Notes under the pieces: model-generated
Seen by the model: the letters and a program-made list of their open reading frames with translations, nothing else
What the model was told of the DNA's origin: nothing
Databases searched by the model: none
Part shown: in pieces, positions 10,801 to 14,759 of the stretch
Layout: each line of letters opens with the position of its first letter
Position numbering within the stretch: position 1 is the first letter of the stretch
Made by a program: the position numbers and the translations under genes
From: Utricularia gibba
Lineage: Eukaryota > Plantae > Magnoliophyta
Assembly (NCBI GenBank): GCA_002189035.1
Contig: NEEC01000395.1
Location: forward strand, 1 to 14,759
DNA: 14,759 nucleotides
Direction: 5' to 3'

Positions 10801-13800
10801 CCCGCCAGAAACGACAAGCTTTTCCTTGAGAAACTATGTAGGCAGCCTAATAAAGCCGAACGTTAATAAATGCATCAATTTTTTGCCGGGCTACAAATGA
10901 CTCTGGGACCGAGCTCGACTCGACCTCCTGCTCGATACCGTTGCCCCACGAGAGCGCCTCCTCAAATATAAAGCATGCGGTTGAAAACCATTTTGGGTGC
11001 TCATGAAATCCTAACTTCAATAACTGCATCACGATTTTCGTCGAGTAGGACCAGATTTGGCAAAGGAGACAGACCGAACCTTGGGTCAGAACGAAGTTCA
11101 CAACGACATCACCCGCCCAAAAACGACAAGCTTTTCCTTGAGAAAACCATAGGCAGCCTATTAAAACCAACGTTAATAAATGCATCAAGTTTTTTGCCGA
11201 GCTACAAATGACTATGGGCCCGAGCTCGACTCGACCTCCTACTCGATACCGTTGCCCCACGAGAGCGCCTTATCAAATATAAAGCATGCGGTTGAGAAAA
11301 CCATTTGGGTGCTCATGACATCCTAACTTCAATAACTGCATCACGATTTTCGTCGAGTAGGACCCGATGTGGCAAAGGAGTCAGACGAACCTTGGGTCCG
11401 AACGAAGTTCCCAACGACATCACCGCCAGAAACGACAAGCTTTTCCTTGAGAAACTATGTAGGCAGCCTAATAAAGCCAACGTTAATAAATGCATCAATT
11501 TTTTTGCCGGGCTACAAATGACTCTGGGCCCGAGCTCGACTCGACCTCCTGCTCGATACCGTTGCCCCACGAGAGCGCCTTATCAAATATAAAGCATGCG
11601 GTTGAGAAAACCATTTTGGGTGCTCATGAATCCTAACTTCAATAACTGCATCACGATTTTCGTCGAGTAGGACCGATTGGCAAAGGAGACAGACCGAACC
11701 TTGGGTCAGAACGAAGTTCACAACGAAATCACCCGCCCAAAACGACAAGCTTTTCCTTGAGAAAACAATGGGGCCTATTAAAACCCAACGTTAATTAATG
11801 CATCAAGTTTTTTGCCGAGCTACAAATGACTATGGGCCCGAGCTCGACTCGACCTCCTGCTCGATACCGTTGCCCCACGAGAGCGCCTCCTCAAATATAA
11901 AGCATGCGGTTGAGAAAACCATTTTGGGTGCTCATGACATCCTAACTTCAATAACTGCATCACGATTTTCGTCGAGTAGGACCCGATGTGGCAAAGGAGT
12001 CAGACGAACCTTGGGTCAGAACGAAGTTCCCAACGACATCACCCGCCAGAAACGACAAGCTTTTCCTTGAGAAACTATGTAGGCAGCCTAATAAGCCGAA
12101 CGTTAATAAATGCATCAATTTTTTGCCGGGCTACAAATGACTCTGGACCGAGCTCGACTCGACCTCCTGCTCGATACCGTTGCCCCACGAGAGTGCCTTA
12201 TCAAATATAAAGCATGCGGTTGAGAAAACCATTTTGGGTGCTCATGAAATCCTAACTTCAATAACTGCATCACGATTTTCGTCGAGTAGGACCGATTTGG
12301 CAAAGGAGACAGACCGAACCTTGGGTCAGAACGAAGTTCACAACGAATCACCCGCCCAAAACGACAAGCTTTTCCTTGAGAAAACAATGTAGGGCCTATT
12401 AAAACCAACGTTAATAAATGCATCAAGTTTTTTGCCGAGCTACAAATGACTATGGGCCCGAGCTCGACTCGACCTCCTGCTCGATACCGTTGCCCCACGA
12501 GAGCGCCTATCAAATATAAAGCATGCGGTTGAGAAAACCATTTTGGGTGCTCATGACATCCTAACTTCAATAACTGCATCACGATTTTCGTCGAGTAGGA
12601 CCCGATGTGGCAAAGGAGTCAGACGAACCTTGGTCGAACGAAGTTCCCAACGACATCACCCGCCAGAAACGACAAGCTTTTCCTTGAGAAACTATGTAGG
12701 CAGCCTAATGAACGTTAATAAATGCATCAATTTTTTTGGGGCTACAAATGACTCTGGGCCGAGCTCGACTCGACCTCCTGCTCGATACCGTTGCCCCACG
12801 AGAGCGCCTCTCAAATATAAAAGCATGCGGTTGAGAAACCATTTTGGGTGCTCATGAATCCTAACTTCAATAACTGCATCACGATTTTCGTCGAGTAGGA
12901 CCGATGTGGCAAAGGAGTCAGACCGAACCTTGGGTCAGAACGAAGTTCACAACGACATCACCCGCCCAAAACGACAAGCTTTTCCTTGAGAAAACATGTA
13001 GGGCCTATTAAAACCAACGTTAATAAATGCATCAAGTTTTTTGCCGGCTACAAATGACTATGGGCCCGAGCTCGACTCGACCTCCTGCTCGATACCGTTG
13101 CCCCACGAGAGCGCCTATCAAATATAAAGCATGCGGTTGAGAAAACCATTTTGGGTGCTCATGAATCCTAACTTCAATAACTGCATCACGATTTTCGTCG
13201 AGTAGGACCCGATGTGGCAAAGGAGTCAGACCGAACCTATGGTCAGAACGAAGTTCCAACGACATCACCCGCCAGAAACGACAAGCTTTTCCTTGAGAAA
13301 ACTATGTAGGCAGCCTAATAAAGCCGAACGTTAATAAATGCATCAATTTTTTGCCGGGCTACAAATGACTCTGGGCCGAGCTCGACTCGACCTCCTGCTC
13401 GATACCGTTGCCCACGAGAGTATCAAATATAAAGCATGCGGTTGAGAAAACCATTTTGGGTGCTCATGAATCCTAACTTCAATAACTGCATCACGATTTT
13501 CGTCGAGTAGGACCCGATGTGGCAAAGGAGTCAGACCGAACCTTGGGTCAGAACGAAGTTCACAACGACATCACCCGCCCAAAAACGACAAGCTTTTCCT
13601 TGAGAAACATGTAGGCAGCCTATTAAAACCAACGTTAATTAATGCATCAAGTTTTTTGCCGAGCTACAAATGACTATGGGCCGAGCTCGACTCGACCTCC
13701 TGCTCGATACCGTTGCCCCACGAGAGCGCCTCCTCAAATATAAAGCATGCGGTTGAGAAAACCATTTTGGGTGCTCATGAATCCTAACTTCAATAACTGC

Positions 13801-14759
13801 ATCACGATTTTCGTCGAGTAGGACCCGATGTGGCAAAGGAGTCAGACCAGAACCTTGGGTCCGAACGAAGTTCCCAACGACATCACCCGCCAGAAACGAC
13901 AAGCTTTTCCTTGAGAAAACATGTAGGCAGCCTATTAAAACCAACGTTAATAAATGCATCAATTTTTTGCCGGCTACAAATGACTCTGGGAGCGAGCTCG
14001 ACTCGACCTTTGCCCGATACCGTGCCCCACTAGAGCGCCTCCTCAACTACAAAGCATGCGATTGACAAAAGCATTTTGGGTGCTCATGAAATCCTAACTT
14101 CAATAACTGCATCACGATTTTCGTCGAGTAGGACCAGATTTGGCAAAGGAGACAGACCGAACCTTGGGTCAGAACGAAGTTCACAACGACATCACCCGCC
14201 CAAAAACGACAAGCTTTTCCTTGAGAAAAACCATTTAGGCAGCCTATTAAAACCAACGTTAATAAATGCATCAAGTTTTTTGCCGAGCTACAAATGACTA
14301 TGGGCCCGAGCTCGACTCGACCTCCTACTCGATACCGTTGCCCCACGAGAGCGCCTTATCAAATATAAAGCATGCGGTTGAGAAAACCATTTTGGGTGCT
14401 CATGACATCCTAACTTCAATAACTGCATCACGATTTTCGTCGAGTAGGACCGATGTGGCAAAGGAGTCAGACGAACCTTGGGTCAGAACGAAGTTTCCAA
14501 CGACATCACCCGCCAGAAACGACAAGCTTTTCCTTGAGAAACTATGTAGGCAGCCTATAAACCAACGTTAATAAATGCATCAATTTTTTTGCCGGGCTAC
14601 AAATGACTCTGGGCCGAGCTCGACTCGACCTCCTGCTCGATACCGTTGCCCCACGAGAGCGCCTTATCAAATATAAAGCATGCGGTTGAGAAAACCATTT
14701 TGGGTGCTCATGAAATCCTAACTTCAATAACTGCATCACGATTTTCGTCGAGTAGGACC
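1871..14759. repeat. A/B dimeric higher-order repeat (~620 bp), strictly alternating from M7 (B) to M48 (A)
   Basis: Seen in sequence. A monomers typically read CAATTTTTTGCCGGGCTACAAATGACTCTGGG ... CATGAAATCC ... GTTCACAAC ... CGCCCAAAA ... CCTATTAAAACC. B monomers typically read CAAGTTTTTTGCCGAGCTACAAATGACTATGGG ... CATGACATCC ... GTTCCCAAC ... CGCCAGAAA ... ACTATGTAGG ... CCTAATAAAGCCG. The GACTCT (A) versus GACTAT (B) site alternates without exception from 1871 to the end. Confidence 0.95.
13943..14254. repeat. Divergent A* monomer M46
   Basis: Seen in sequence. It carries the same private variant set as M3 within ~13988-14075. Confidence 0.9.

Larger units (their letters stand above)
1..14759. 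repeat. Tandem satellite DNA array, ~313-bp monomer, ~47.6 head-to-tail copies; array runs off both ends of the window
   Basis: Seen in sequence. The anchor AACGTTAAT recurs at 4, 314, 628, 939, 1251, 1561, 1871, 2179, 2480, 2789, 3095, 3409, 3719, 4031, 4341, 4651, 4962, 5272, 5580, 5893, 6204, 6513, 6825, 7135, 7440, 7752, 8061, 8372, 8682, 8990, 9302, 9615, 9928, 10239, 10546, 10859, 11169, 11479, 11787, 12099, 12407, 12711, 13016, 13327, 13631, 13943, 14255 and 14564 (M1-M48). Mean spacing is 14560/47 = ~310 bp. My hand consensus of the B type is 313 bp with 152 G+C. All copies have the same orientation and no unique sequence lies between them. Confidence 0.99.

Noticed and set aside
137-14739. 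Dozens of 60-180 aa ORFs with recurring peptides such as KHAVEKTILGAHEILTSITASRFSSSRT
   Set aside because: They are translations of the repeat. Frames shift between copies, starts and stops are not conserved, the monomer length is not held at a multiple of 3, and I recognise no domain.
152-14759. CRISPR-like array (invariant 45-bp repeat at regular spacing)
   Set aside because: The intervening ~265 bp are near-identical copies rather than unique spacers and are far too long. There is no leader or cas gene.
1-14759. Tandem 5S rDNA, tRNA or spliced-leader gene array (similar unit size)
   Set aside because: I see no recognisable 5S rRNA sequence, tRNA cloverleaf or A/B-box pair on either strand.
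1-14759. Mobile element or inversion embedded in the array
   Set aside because: All 48 anchors are spaced 301-314 bp apart in the same orientation, leaving no room for an insertion. No terminal repeats or target-site duplications are seen.

Overview
The whole 14,759-bp window is one head-to-tail satellite DNA array. It holds 47 complete monomers plus one partial copy. The hand-built consensus is ~313 bp and ~49% GC; the observed mean spacing is ~310 bp. There are no inversions, insertions of foreign DNA, credible genes, RNA genes or CRISPR arrays, and every ORF in the track is a frameshifting translation of the repeat. I found no new gene-based biological system. The interest lies in the array's architecture. 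Each monomer is an old dimer of ~156-157-bp subunits. Monomers alternate as A/B types (~620-bp higher-order repeat), with local 4-mer (~1.24 kb) and 8-mer (~2.48 kb) periodicities on top. One A/B phase slip occurs at a hybrid monomer (1561-1870). A rare divergent monomer variant recurs 13.3 kb apart. A 45-bp box is identical in all 48 copies. Scattered non-recurrent deletions suggest long-read error, so some fine structure could be a sequencing or polishing artefact. The organism cannot be determined; a plant satellite is plausible but unverified.
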